The position numbers and the translations under genes were made by a program. Below, one piece after another: positions 19,906 through 29,056 of a DNA stretch of 64,000 nt. This DNA is from Phycisphaerae bacterium (GTDB lineage Bacteria; Planctomycetota; Phycisphaerae; SM23-33). The notes under the pieces were generated by a model. It had not been told where the DNA came from. It saw only the letters and a list, made by a program, of their open reading frames with translations, and made no database searches. Position 1 is the first letter of the stretch. Each line of letters starts with the position of its first letter. Location: contig JBDKRA010000029.1 of the NCBI GenBank assembly GCA_039683615.1, positions 53,256 through 117,255 on the forward strand, read 5' to 3'.

Positions 19906-21387
19906 TTCACGGCGGGCCTGGAAGCTCAGCACCGACACGTAGAAAAACCCGAAGGCGAAGATGACCAGGAACGGGCTGCCCAGCAGGCCCCACACGCTGG
20001 CCATCGACAGCAGGGCGCACGCGCCGAGGTAGATGCCAAACCCCATCTCGACGTATGGCAGCCAATGGTTCTTGCGCTTGGGTCGAACGCCGCCCGTCGT
20101 AACGCCCCCGCCGTTGGCGGAGCTGCAGCCGTACTTGGGGGTGCGAACAAACTCGCTGCGCTTGCCCAGCACCGCTTCAAAAATAGCCTTGGTGTTGGAG
20201 ATGCACATTCCCACGCCCAGGGCCATCAGCATCGGCATGAACTTGAACGCCGTGCGCCAGTCGCGGAAAAGCTGGAACTGGCTGGCGGCGTAGAACACCG
20301 TCGCCGACAGCGTCGCCAGCGTGAACACCGTCATGTCAAACAGCGTGAGCCAGACGTTGACTTCGCCATGGGCCGACGCCCGCACGCACGCGGCCGGAAA
20401 CAACAGCAACACCAGCAGGGCCATGTAGAAATGCAGCGTGAAACCCGTCAGGTGGAAGAACCCCTCGATCTTGACCTTCAGCGGGGCCTTGGACAGCAGC
20501 AATCGCGGGAGCATTTTCAACGCCGTCTGCGCGCCGCCCTTGGTCCAGCGGAACTGCTGGGCCTTGAAGGCGTCCATCTCCGGCGGCAGTTCGGCCGGAC
20601 TGGCCAGCTCGGGCAGGAAGACGAACTTCCAGCCCTTGAGCTGAGCACGGTAGGACAGGTCGAGGTCTTCGGTCAGCGTGTCGTTGCGCCAGCCGCCGGC
20701 GTCTTCGATGGCCTTGCGCCGCCACGTGCCGGCCGTGCCGTTGAAGCTCATGAACCGGTCGCTGCGGTTGCGAGCGACGTGCTCGATCATGAAATGCCCG
20801 TCGAGGAACATCGCCTGGCTGCGGGTGAGCAGGCTGTCGTTGCGGTTGAGATGCTCCCAGCGCGTCTGCACGACGCAGACTTTCGGGTCGGTGAAGTAAT
20901 GCACGCTGCGCTGGAGGATGTCCGGCGGGGGAATGAAATCGGCGTCGAAGATCGTGACGAACTCGCCGGTAGCGCTCTTGAGCCCGTTCTCCAGCGCGCC
21001 GGCCTTGTAGCCCTGGCGGTTGGTGCGATGAACGAAGCTGACATCGAACCCGCGGGCGCGGCAGCTTTCGACCGTCCGACGGCAGATCTCGGTCGTCTCG
21101 TCGGTGCTGTCGTCGAGGACCTGGATTTCCATGCGGTCGCGCGGGTAGTCGATCAGGCACGTCTGCTCGATGATCCGCTGGGCGACCAGACTCTCGTTGA
21201 ACATCGGCAACTGCACCGTCACGCGCGGCAGCGGGTCGAACGTCGACGGCGGCGTGGGCACGTTCTTGCGATGGCGGAAGTACAGAATCACCAGCACCCA
21301 GCGGTGCAGGCCGTACATCGAGACCACCACCAACGCCAGGGTGTAGACGGTAACGAGAAACGATTGTCCCAGTTCCAGCAAGTTCAT
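19861..21387 (-). CDS. Family 2 processive glycosyltransferase (cellulose/hyaluronan/glucomannan-synthase-like), multi-TM
   Basis: DxD-type motifs (LDDSTDET, FDADF), TED, and the QQFRWTKG (QxxRW) processivity motif. N- and C-terminal TM helices. Confidence 0.85.
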   Translation of the reverse strand: MNLLELGQSFLVTVYTLALVVVSMYGLHRWVLVILYFRHRKNVPTPPSTFDPLPRVTVQLPMFNESLVAQRIIEQTCLIDYPRDRMEIQVLDDSTDETTEICRRTVESCRARGFDVSFVHRTNRQGYKAGALENGLKSATGEFVTIFDADFIPPPDILQRSVHYFTDPKVCVVQTRWEHLNRNDSLLTRSQAMFLDGHFMIEHVARNRSDRFMSFNGTAGTWRRKAIEDAGGWRNDTLTEDLDLSYRAQLKGWKFVFLPELASPAELPPEMDAFKAQQFRWTKGGAQTALKMLPRLLLSKAPLKVKIEGFFHLTGFTLHFYMALLVLLLFPAACVRASAHGEVNVWLTLFDMTVFTLATLSATVFYAASQFQLFRDWRTAFKFMPMLMALGVGMCISNTKAIFEAVLGKRSEFVRTPKYGCSSANGGGVTTGGVRPKRKNHWLPYVEMGFGIYLGACALLSMASVWGLLGSPFLVIFAFGFFYVSVLSFQARREPVGTVASEPVASRQ

Positions 21388-21488
21388 GTGAGGCCTCAAG
21401 GGCACCGTGCCCCGCTGCATCGGCGGATAATACTAGTCACACCCGCCCCCGCCGTCAATAGGTTGGTCGTAATTGCCCTGTGGGCGTT

Positions 21489-21902
21489 CTATGGCAGATT
21501 GGCCTTGATCGCGTCGGCGAGTTGCCCGGCGCGGCCTTGGGGATACTGTCCGGCGGGCCAGTTGAAATGGAAGGCGTCGCCGATGTTGCGCGGGATGATG
21601 TGCACGTGCACGTGCATGACTTCCTGATGCGCGGCAGGGCCGTTGTTCTGCAGCACGTTGACCCCGGCGCACCCCGTGGCCGCCTTGACGGCTGAAACCA
21701 GCGCGGGCAGATGTTTGAGCATTGCCCCGGCCCCGGCAGCTTCCATGTCGTCGAGCTGCTCGGCGTGGGCCTTGGGGATCAGCAAGACGTGCCCCTCGGC
21801 CAGCGGGCCGATATCCATGAACGCCAGGCACGCCTCGTCCTCGAGCACCTTGGCACAGGGAATCTTCCCGGCGGCAATTTTGCAGAAGATGCAGTCGCTC
21901 AT
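21489..21902 (-). CDS. HIT-family (histidine triad) hydrolase
   Basis: CIFCKI... and the HVHVHIIPR histidine-triad motif. Confidence 0.85.
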   Translation of the reverse strand: MSDCIFCKIAAGKIPCAKVLEDEACLAFMDIGPLAEGHVLLIPKAHAEQLDDMEAAGAGAMLKHLPALVSAVKAATGCAGVNVLQNNGPAAHQEVMHVHVHIIPRNIGDAFHFNWPAGQYPQGRAGQLADAIKANLP

Positions 21903-22023
21903 GCGTGTTCTCCGGCTGAACGCTCAACCCTGAATCATGAGCCGCACACAATCGACCCTTGCGGTCGTGAGGCGCCGAAAACTCGGCGCCTCACGCGCAA
22001 GCGGCTGCACTCACTCAATTTTC

Positions 22024-22818
22024 TTAAGCTGGCTGCAACTCTTTTCTTCGTTTGTCCAGTTGGCTCTTGAGGCGTTCCAGGACGGCTGAGTGCATCTGGC
22101 TGACGCGGCTTTCGGAGAGGTCGAGCGTCTGGCCGATCTCTTTCATCGTCATCTCTTCGTAGTAGTACAGGACGATGATGAGCCGTTCGGCGCGGCTGAG
22201 GCCGCGCGTCAGGAGGTCCTTGATGTCCTTGCCCTGGGCGACATGCAGCGGGTCGTCGCTGCGCTTGTCTTCGAGCACGTCGATCTCGCGCACGTCCTTG
22301 CTCGAGTCGGTCTCGAACCACTTGCGGCTCAGCGAGACCTGCCCCACCGTCGCGGCGTCGCGCTTGACCTTCTCGAACTCGCTCATCGACAGCTTCATGC
22401 GCTTGGCCAATTCTGAATTGGTCGGGCTGCGTCCGAGTTGCGCCTCGAGCTCGCGCGAGGCGAGATTGAGCTTGTGAGCGCGGCTGCGGACGAGGCGCGG
22501 CACCCAGTCCATCGATCGCAATTCGTCGAGGATGGCCCCGCGGATGCGCGGACTGCAATACGTCTCGAACTTGACGCCGCGGCCTTCGTCGAACGCCGTC
22601 AGCGCGTCCATCAGCCCGAAGATGCCGGCCGAAATCAGATCGTCGACGTCAACCTCTTCCGGCAGCTTGGTGTACACCCGCTCGGCCGTGTACTTCACAA
22701 GCGGCAGGTAGTACTCCAACAGTTGGTTGCGCGACTCTTCGTCGGCAGTTTTTCTGAACTGTTTCCACCAATGTTCGAGTTGCTCTGGAGACAACTTCTT
22801 CCGTGCTACTGGCGGCAT
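22024..22818 (-). CDS. fliA: Flagellar sigma factor FliA (sigma-28)
   Basis: Sigma-70 regions 2, 3 and 4 in a ~260-aa protein (LISAGIFGLMDALTAFD, FETYCSPRIRGAILDELR, MKEIGQTLDLSESRVSQMHSAVLERLK). Lies beside the flagellar operon. Confidence 0.85.
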   Translation of the reverse strand: MPPVARKKLSPEQLEHWWKQFRKTADEESRNQLLEYYLPLVKYTAERVYTKLPEEVDVDDLISAGIFGLMDALTAFDEGRGVKFETYCSPRIRGAILDELRSMDWVPRLVRSRAHKLNLASRELEAQLGRSPTNSELAKRMKLSMSEFEKVKRDAATVGQVSLSRKWFETDSSKDVREIDVLEDKRSDDPLHVAQGKDIKDLLTRGLSRAERLIIVLYYYEEMTMKEIGQTLDLSESRVSQMHSAVLERLKSQLDKRRKELQPA

Positions 22819-22859
22819 GATAGGCTCCTTCCATCAATGCCCAGGCCATCCTTGGCCAT

Positions 22860-23031
22860 GTGCCTGATGATATTAACAATGCGATAAGTGCTCATCAAGT
22901 TCCTTTGTGACATTATCTTAGGAAATTGGAAATTTTTTTTCGTTACGCGGATCATATTACCCATGTTCTACATGTTATGTATATTCTATACACTACCTAT
23001 ATTCTGTCAAGCCACTTTATGAAATATTCTT
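22860..23031. promoter_or_regulatory. AT-rich island between flhG and fliA (candidate fliA promoter/regulatory region)
   Basis: ~170 bp of <40% GC in a ~65% GC background (…ttatgtatattctatacactacctatattctgtcaag…). Confidence 0.4.
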
Positions 23032-23880
23032 TCACTTCAGCCATCCGGCGACTCGTTTGAAGAATCCCTCGCGTCCGACATCGTCCAGGCGGCTGCTGCA
23101 GAGCATGCGGGCTATGTCAGCCAGGCAGCGGCTGGCGGGGCATTGTGGATACGCCAGCACGAGCGGCTGGCGCTGCCGCACAGCCAAGGACATTTTCGGA
23201 TCGCTGATGACGTACCCGCCCTGGGCCACCTGCACGTCCAGGAACTGCTTAGCGACGTTGGCGATTCGCGAACAGGTCGCGCGGCCTTCGGCGGCATTTC
23301 GGGCCTGGTTGGTCACCACGGTCATCGCACAGGACGCGTTGGCGCGGGTGAGGACTTTGATCAGCGCGTAGGCGTCGGTGACGGCTGTGGGCTCGGGCGT
23401 AGTGACGATGACGGCGGTGTCTGCCGCGGCGGCGAAACTCAGCACCTCCGGACCGATGCCGGCGCCACAGTCAATGACAACGACGTCGTTGTCGGCCTCG
23501 AGGGCCGAGAGTTCCTCCAGCAGCCTCGCGCGATCGAAGGCACTCAGGTCGGCCAGGCGCGGCAGGCCGCTGGCGCCGGGGACGAACTGCAGGCCGCAGG
23601 GCAGGTTCATGACGATGTCGCTGACATGGCCGGCGCCCTCGATGACGCGCGACAGGTCCGATGCGGCATCGACGTCAAGCATGATGTCGAGGTTCGCCAA
23701 CGCCAGATCGGCGTCGACCAGCGCGACGCGGTGCCCGGCAGCCGAGATCAGAATCGCCAGGTTCGCGGCGACGCAGCTCTTGCCCACGCCGCCCTTGCCG
23801 CTGGCGACGGCGATGGTGTGCGTGCGGCGCTGCTGCATCAGCGAGCGCAGGCGCTGGGCTTGATCGACGTGCTCGCTCAT
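23032..23880 (-). CDS. flhG: Flagellar number regulator FlhG (MinD/ParA-like ATPase)
   Basis: Deviant Walker A AVASGKGGVGKS; MinD-like. Sits between flhF and fliA. Confidence 0.8.
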   Translation of the reverse strand: MSEHVDQAQRLRSLMQQRRTHTIAVASGKGGVGKSCVAANLAILISAAGHRVALVDADLALANLDIMLDVDAASDLSRVIEGAGHVSDIVMNLPCGLQFVPGASGLPRLADLSAFDRARLLEELSALEADNDVVVIDCGAGIGPEVLSFAAAADTAVIVTTPEPTAVTDAYALIKVLTRANASCAMTVVTNQARNAAEGRATCSRIANVAKQFLDVQVAQGGYVISDPKMSLAVRQRQPLVLAYPQCPASRCLADIARMLCSSRLDDVGREGFFKRVAGWLK

Positions 23881-24971
23881 GAGACCACCTCGCCCAGGAT
23901 CATCTGCGCCAGGCGGTCGGCCTTGGCTGGGGCGATGTCGTCGGGCACTTCCTGGCCGAACGTCGTGTAACTCAGCGGGGCCTTGCTGGCCTCGATCATG
24001 TTCAGCACCAGGCCGTACGTGACGGCCTCGTCGAGCTTGGTCAGCGTGAGGCGGTTGGCGCCGATGCCGGCGAACTTCTCCACCGCCCGCCGCGTGGCTG
24101 CCTGGTTGCCCGTGGCCGATGCCACCAGGTGAACCTCGTCAGCCTCGGCGGCGTCCAGAAAGCTGCGCAGCTGGCCCAGGCGGAGCTGGTCGCCGGGGCT
24201 GCGCCCGGTGGTATCTATAAGGATGACGTCGGCGGCCGTGGCGGCCTTGATCGTTCGGCGCATCTCGGTCGGGCTCAGCACCGCCTGGATAGGCACCTCG
24301 ATGATGTCGGCGTAGGTCTTGAGTTGGTCGACCGCCGCGATGCGGTAAGTGTCGATGGTGATCAGCGAGACGCTCTTGTGCTGGGCGATTTTGAAGTTGG
24401 CGGCGAGCTTGGCGATGGTGGTGGTCTTGCCCACGCCGGTGGGCCCGACGAAGGCGATGACTCTGGGGCCGGCGGCACTCTCGGCCAGCGGAGCAGTACG
24501 GATGCGCGCGGCGATGCGCTTCCGCAGTTCCGTGCGGACGGCGGATTCATCCTGCATCTGCTGCCCGGTCAGGTCGCGGGCGGTCTGGTCGATGAGTTCG
24601 GCCGCCAGCGCCGCCTCGACATCCTGCGCCAGCAGGTGGTCGTGCAGCTTCTGCAGCACCATCGGTCTCTGGACCGCCGCCGACGCAGGCCGGCGGGCCA
24701 ACTGCTCGACGAGGATCTTGATCTCGGCGATCTGCCCATCGAGCCGCCCGGCCGGGGCGGGCGCATCGCTGGCATAGACGCCGGTCAGGGGCGGCAGGAG
24801 GCCGCTGTGCGGGGCGGCGGTGATCTCCCACGCCCGCCGCGAGCCAATGCCCATCCACCCGCCGATGCGGCAGCGGCGCGTGCGCAGGATCACCGCGTCG
24901 CGTCCCAGGTCGCCCTTGACCGCCGCCAGAGCCTCGGCCATCGTCGCTGCTTTATAGTTCTTCGCGTTCAT
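23877..24971 (-). CDS. flhF: Flagellar biosynthesis GTPase FlhF (SRP-type)
   Basis: GPTGVGKTTTIAKLA, DTYRIAA, LIDTTGR SRP-GTPase motifs. Overlaps flhG and flhA. Confidence 0.85.
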   Translation of the reverse strand: MNAKNYKAATMAEALAAVKGDLGRDAVILRTRRCRIGGWMGIGSRRAWEITAAPHSGLLPPLTGVYASDAPAPAGRLDGQIAEIKILVEQLARRPASAAVQRPMVLQKLHDHLLAQDVEAALAAELIDQTARDLTGQQMQDESAVRTELRKRIAARIRTAPLAESAAGPRVIAFVGPTGVGKTTTIAKLAANFKIAQHKSVSLITIDTYRIAAVDQLKTYADIIEVPIQAVLSPTEMRRTIKAATAADVILIDTTGRSPGDQLRLGQLRSFLDAAEADEVHLVASATGNQAATRRAVEKFAGIGANRLTLTKLDEAVTYGLVLNMIEASKAPLSYTTFGQEVPDDIAPAKADRLAQMILGEVVS

Positions 24972-27054
24972 AATGATCTTCCGTGATCGTCACCGGCTGC
25001 ACCTGCACGCCGGAGACTTCGTCGTATCCCAGAACCACCGCCGCCGGAACCGCCGTCGCCACCGCGCCGGCCAGGGCCCTGCGCAGCATGGGCCGGCAGA
25101 GCACCACCGGACGATGGCCCCCCACTCGTAGCCGGCTTGCTCCGGCCGAAACCGCCTGGGCGAGCGTCTCGGCCAAAGCTGGCGAGAGCACCCCGCCGCC
25201 GAGTCCGAGCTCCCGGGCTGCGGACTGTTCGGTCTTCTCGTCCAGGCACAGGCACCACAGGGCCCCGTCGGCGGCGCAGTACTGTTGCGACAGCGCCGGG
25301 CCGAGCTGGCGGCGGATGTAATCGCACGCTTCTTCGATCGGCTCCTCGACCGGTCGCTCGGCCAGTGCTTCGAGGATCGTCTCCAGGTCGCGCACCGATA
25401 CGCCCTGGCCCAGCAGATGCTGCAGGACCTTGTGGATGCGGGCCAGCGGCAGCTTGGCCAGCGTCTCTTTGACCAGCGCCTCCGCCCGGCCGCGGAGTGC
25501 CTCGACCGTGGCGGCCACCTGCTGGCGCGTCAGAAGCGAGGCGGCGTGGATGCGGATCATCTGCCCCAGGTGCGTCATGAGAACGTCGGCCGGCTCGATG
25601 ACCGTGTAGTTGAGCGACTCGGCCGTAGCGACCTGGTCGGCAGCGATCCACACCGCCGCCGTTCCGAATGCCGGCTCGATGGTCTGTCGCCCCAGAAGTT
25701 GACCGGTGGTCGCCCCTGCCGCGACGGCCAGAAGTTGCCCCGGGTACAGCATGCCGCCGCCGACGCGAGCGCCGCGAATCTTGACGACGTACTCGTGCGC
25801 CCGCAGACGCATATCGTCGCGAATGCGGATCGAGGGAACGATCAGACCCAGTTCCAGCGCCACGTCGCGCCGCAGGCCGGCCAGGCGGTCCAGCAGGTCG
25901 CCGTCGCGTGTCTTGTCGGCCAGCGACAGCAGCGCGAAACCCAGGTCCAGTTCCATCGCCTCGACAGCCAGCAGGCCTTTGAGTTCTTTGTCGTCGGCCG
26001 CGGGCTTAGAGACGGTCGAGATGCTCGACGCGTTTGCCGCGGGCAACACGCGCCGCCGTGACAACAGCAGCGCCAGTCCCGCGCATCCGGCCCCCATCAA
26101 CAGCAGCGGCACCTTGGGCAGGCGCGTCAGCATGAGAGCGGCCAAGAACCCCGCCGTCACGGCCAGTGCGATCGGGCGTGCGATCAACTGGCCGATCACC
26201 TGCTCGGCAAAGTTGGTGCGGTCCATGCTGCGCGAAACGATTAGCGCCGCGGCCACGCTGACCAGCAGCGCCGAAATCTGGGCTACCAGCCCGTCGCCGA
26301 TGGTCAGCCGCGTGAACAGGTCGAGCGTCTGCTCCCACCCCCAGGAGTACTGGACCATGCCCACGTACAGCCCGCCGCCGATGTTGACCAGCACGATGAC
26401 CACAGCCGCCACCGCGTCGCCGCGGACGAACTTGGACGCGCCGTCCATCGCGCCGTAGAAATCGGCCTCGCGGGCGATCTTGCGGCGGCGCTGGTGGGCC
26501 TGCGACTCATCAATGGTCCCGGCGTTGACGTCGGCGTCGATGCCCATCTGCTTTCCGGGCATTGCGTCGAGCACGAACCGCGCGGCCACCTCGCTGATAC
26601 GGGCGGCGCCTTTGGTGATCACCACGAACTGCACCACCGCGATGATCGCGAAGAGGATCACGCCCACGGCCAGGCTGCCGCTGGTGACGAACTGGCTGAA
26701 CGACCAGACCACGTGCCCGGCCGCCAGGCGCGCCGTCTCGACATCGGCCCCGCCTGCCCCAGCCGTCAGGATCAGCCGCGTCGTGGCGATGTTGAGCACC
26801 AGCCGCAGCAGCGTCGCTCCCAGCAGCACCGAGGGGAACACGCTGAACTCCAGCGGGCTGTGCACGGCGATGGCCGTCATCAAAATGATCGCCGAGAGGG
26901 CGATGTTGGCCGAGAGCAGCACGTCCATCAGCAGCGGCGGCAGCGGCACCAGCAGCACCAGCACCAGCAGGGCAGCCCCGCCGGGCAACAGCAGCCCGCG
27001 GTATCGCGCCAGCACCCGCGCGGCGCCGTTCATGGTGTCGTTCAGGTCAGCCAT
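24952..27054 (-). CDS. flhA: Flagellar export apparatus protein FlhA
   Basis: Full-length FlhA: FHIPG-like TM domain, conserved FVRGDAVAAVVIVLVNIGGG loop, large cytoplasmic domain. Confidence 0.92.
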   Translation of the reverse strand: MADLNDTMNGAARVLARYRGLLLPGGAALLVLVLLVPLPPLLMDVLLSANIALSAIILMTAIAVHSPLEFSVFPSVLLGATLLRLVLNIATTRLILTAGAGGADVETARLAAGHVVWSFSQFVTSGSLAVGVILFAIIAVVQFVVITKGAARISEVAARFVLDAMPGKQMGIDADVNAGTIDESQAHQRRRKIAREADFYGAMDGASKFVRGDAVAAVVIVLVNIGGGLYVGMVQYSWGWEQTLDLFTRLTIGDGLVAQISALLVSVAAALIVSRSMDRTNFAEQVIGQLIARPIALAVTAGFLAALMLTRLPKVPLLLMGAGCAGLALLLSRRRVLPAANASSISTVSKPAADDKELKGLLAVEAMELDLGFALLSLADKTRDGDLLDRLAGLRRDVALELGLIVPSIRIRDDMRLRAHEYVVKIRGARVGGGMLYPGQLLAVAAGATTGQLLGRQTIEPAFGTAAVWIAADQVATAESLNYTVIEPADVLMTHLGQMIRIHAASLLTRQQVAATVEALRGRAEALVKETLAKLPLARIHKVLQHLLGQGVSVRDLETILEALAERPVEEPIEEACDYIRRQLGPALSQQYCAADGALWCLCLDEKTEQSAARELGLGGGVLSPALAETLAQAVSAGASRLRVGGHRPVVLCRPMLRRALAGAVATAVPAAVVLGYDEVSGVQVQPVTITEDHYEREEL

Positions 27055-27838
27055 CGCTGCCCTCCGTCGGCTTGCGCAGCGATGCCCGCCCGCGCCGTTT
27101 GCTCATTTCCCGCCGCCGAGCCAGGCGGATCTGCGGGTCGCCTTCCATCTTTCGCATGTCGTCGAGGTACTCGCGCCGCGTCATCTTCAGGTCCTGGCGG
27201 AACTGCCATCGCTGGTAGAACAGGTCCACCACCGCCAGCGCCAGCAGCGCCGCCGACGCCCGGATTGCCACCTTCAGCACCGCCCCGCCGCCCCAGGCCG
27301 CTATCTCCTCGCTGCCCCCCGACGTCGGCAAGGCCGTCATGATCCCCAGCGGCGACAGCGCCGCCCATGCAATCGCCCCTGCGGCTGTCACTTTCGCCAG
27401 GCCCAACCCCACGCGCACCCACACGCGGCGGCCGAAGAGCCCTTTCAATCCTTTCATCAAGCCCACGCGCGACAGGTCGAACTTGACCGGCTCGCCTGTC
27501 ATCAGCGGGCCGACCTGTCCCAGCCCAGCGCCGATCGCCAGCAGCGCCGCGGCCAGGCACAGCGCCCCGCCCAGCCACAGCACGCTGCCCAGGCCGGCGA
27601 TCTCAAACGCCCCCGTCGCGCTGGGGGCGCTCTTGCCCGCGGCGTCCAGACTCGCTGAGAACATTTCCCTCATCGCGTTCGTGAGCGACCCGGCCAACGC
27701 CATCAACAGCATCAAGCTGCCAAAGACGACGATCGCGCCGGAGAAGTCCGCGCTGCGCGCAACCTCTCCGCGCCGCCTGGCCTCCTGCAACCGCAGGGGC
27801 GTCGGCATCTCGGTCCGGGATGTAGCGTCTTCACTCAT
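27047..27838 (-). CDS. flhB: Flagellar export protein FlhB, transmembrane domain only (C-terminal cytoplasmic NPTH domain absent)
   Basis: N-terminus PTPLRLQEARRRGEVARS and four TM helices; linker KMTRREYLDDMRKMEGDPQIRLARRRE. The ORF stops 8 nt inside flhA, before any NPTH autocleavage region. Confidence 0.75.
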   Translation of the reverse strand: MSEDATSRTEMPTPLRLQEARRRGEVARSADFSGAIVVFGSLMLLMALAGSLTNAMREMFSASLDAAGKSAPSATGAFEIAGLGSVLWLGGALCLAAALLAIGAGLGQVGPLMTGEPVKFDLSRVGLMKGLKGLFGRRVWVRVGLGLAKVTAAGAIAWAALSPLGIMTALPTSGGSEEIAAWGGGAVLKVAIRASAALLALAVVDLFYQRWQFRQDLKMTRREYLDDMRKMEGDPQIRLARRREMSKRRGRASLRKPTEGSDG

Positions 27839-27850
27839 TCAAACAACTCA

Positions 27851-28008
27851 CCACAGAGGCACAGAGGGCGCAGAGGTAAGAAACAAAACAAGAACCGGGT
27901 GGCATGGCGACATGCGTTGCTGTTCCTTGCGGGTCACCATGCCACCCGTCGCTCGCATCCATCCTGTTGTTGCTTTTTCATTCACTCGTTCTTCTCTGTG
28001 CCTCTGTG
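27851..28008. repeat. Nested palindromic element in the fliR-flhB intergenic region
   Basis: Outer 16-bp inverted repeat CCACAGAGGCACAGAG / CTCTGTGCCTCTGTGG. Inner inverted repeat CGGGTGGCATGGCGAC / GTCACCATGCCACCCG. Shares the GAAACAAAA..GTCGCCATGCCACCCG word with 30331-30362. Confidence 0.6.
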
Positions 28009-28020
28009 GTCAGTCTTTCT

Positions 28021-28803
28021 TCACCCGCCGGCGGCGAGCTGCGCGGCCTTGGCGCCGAGCATATCGGCGCCGCGTTCGATCATCGGCAGCATCAGCGCCA
28101 GGCCGCCGGCCAGGGCGATCAGGCCCACCAGCGCCTGGGCCGGCAGGCCGACGGTCAGGATGTTCAGTTGGGGCATCGTGCGTCCGACCACCGCCAGCAC
28201 CACGCCGATCACCAGCAGCGTCACCACCACCGGGGCGGCGATCTTGATGGCCATCACGAACGAGGCCGCCAGCACCGACATGGCGATGTTCAGCATGCCC
28301 TGCCCGCTACCGATGGCGCCCGGCGCAACGGCAGTGAACGTGCCCATCAGCCCGCTCAGCAGACCGCGGTGCCCGCCGACAGCCAGGAACACCACGATGC
28401 CCAGCAGGTACATCAGCCGCGTCAGCGGATCGTCGCCGCCTTCGCCGTCGGCGGCGTCTGCGTAATACACCTGCCCCAGCGTCAGGCCCATCTGCTGACC
28501 GATCAGGGCAGCCGCCACTTCGATACCTGACAGCAGTGCCCGCGCGGCCAGGCCGATCACCGACCCGATCAGCGCCTCGACGGCCAGCGCGACCAGCCCC
28601 GCACCCGTCGAGACGGGCATGGCCAGCGGCGTGGCGATCTGCGCAGCTGCACCCAGCGCCAAGGCCACGCACAGCAGATATCGCAGGCGGGCGGGCAGCA
28701 CCGAGCTGCTGAAGACCGGCGCGATAACGAACAGCCCGCCGATGCGGGCCATCAGCAGCGCCAGAGTCCAGCCCCAGGTTGTGTACTGCGACAAATCCAT
28801 CAT
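28021..28803 (-). CDS. fliR: Flagellar export apparatus protein FliR
   Basis: ~260-aa polytopic membrane protein directly downstream of fliQ, with a FliR-like N-terminus. Confidence 0.8.
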   Translation of the reverse strand: MMDLSQYTTWGWTLALLMARIGGLFVIAPVFSSSVLPARLRYLLCVALALGAAAQIATPLAMPVSTGAGLVALAVEALIGSVIGLAARALLSGIEVAAALIGQQMGLTLGQVYYADAADGEGGDDPLTRLMYLLGIVVFLAVGGHRGLLSGLMGTFTAVAPGAIGSGQGMLNIAMSVLAASFVMAIKIAAPVVVTLLVIGVVLAVVGRTMPQLNILTVGLPAQALVGLIALAGGLALMLPMIERGADMLGAKAAQLAAGG

Positions 28804-29054
28804 CCTGTCCCGAACATCGCTCGCGCGAACTCCACCAGCCGCGTCAGCATCCAGTGCCCCGCCAGCGAGGCCGTCACCGCCACGGCGATCAGCTTGGGCA
28901 CGAAGGTCAACGCCTGGTCCTGGATCTGCGTGGCCGCCTGCAGCAGGCTGACGATCAGTGCGATCACCAGCGCCGCCACGAGCATCGGCGCGCCAACGAC
29001 CAGCGTCACCTTCAGGGCCTCGCGGGCCAGATCCATTGCGTGTGCGGCGTCCAT
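28800..29054 (-). CDS. fliQ: Flagellar export apparatus protein FliQ
   Basis: 84-aa two-TM protein with LQAATQIQDQALTFVPKLIAV, matching the FliQ consensus. Start placed at MDAAHA. Confidence 0.8.
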   Translation of the reverse strand: MDAAHAMDLAREALKVTLVVGAPMLVAALVIALIVSLLQAATQIQDQALTFVPKLIAVAVTASLAGHWMLTRLVEFARAMFGTG

Positions 29055-29056
29055 CG

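Noticed and set aside
20065-21627. 520-aa plus-strand ORF opposite the GT2 gene
   Set aside because: The GT2 reading frame carries DxD and QxxRW motifs. The opposite frame is compositional noise.
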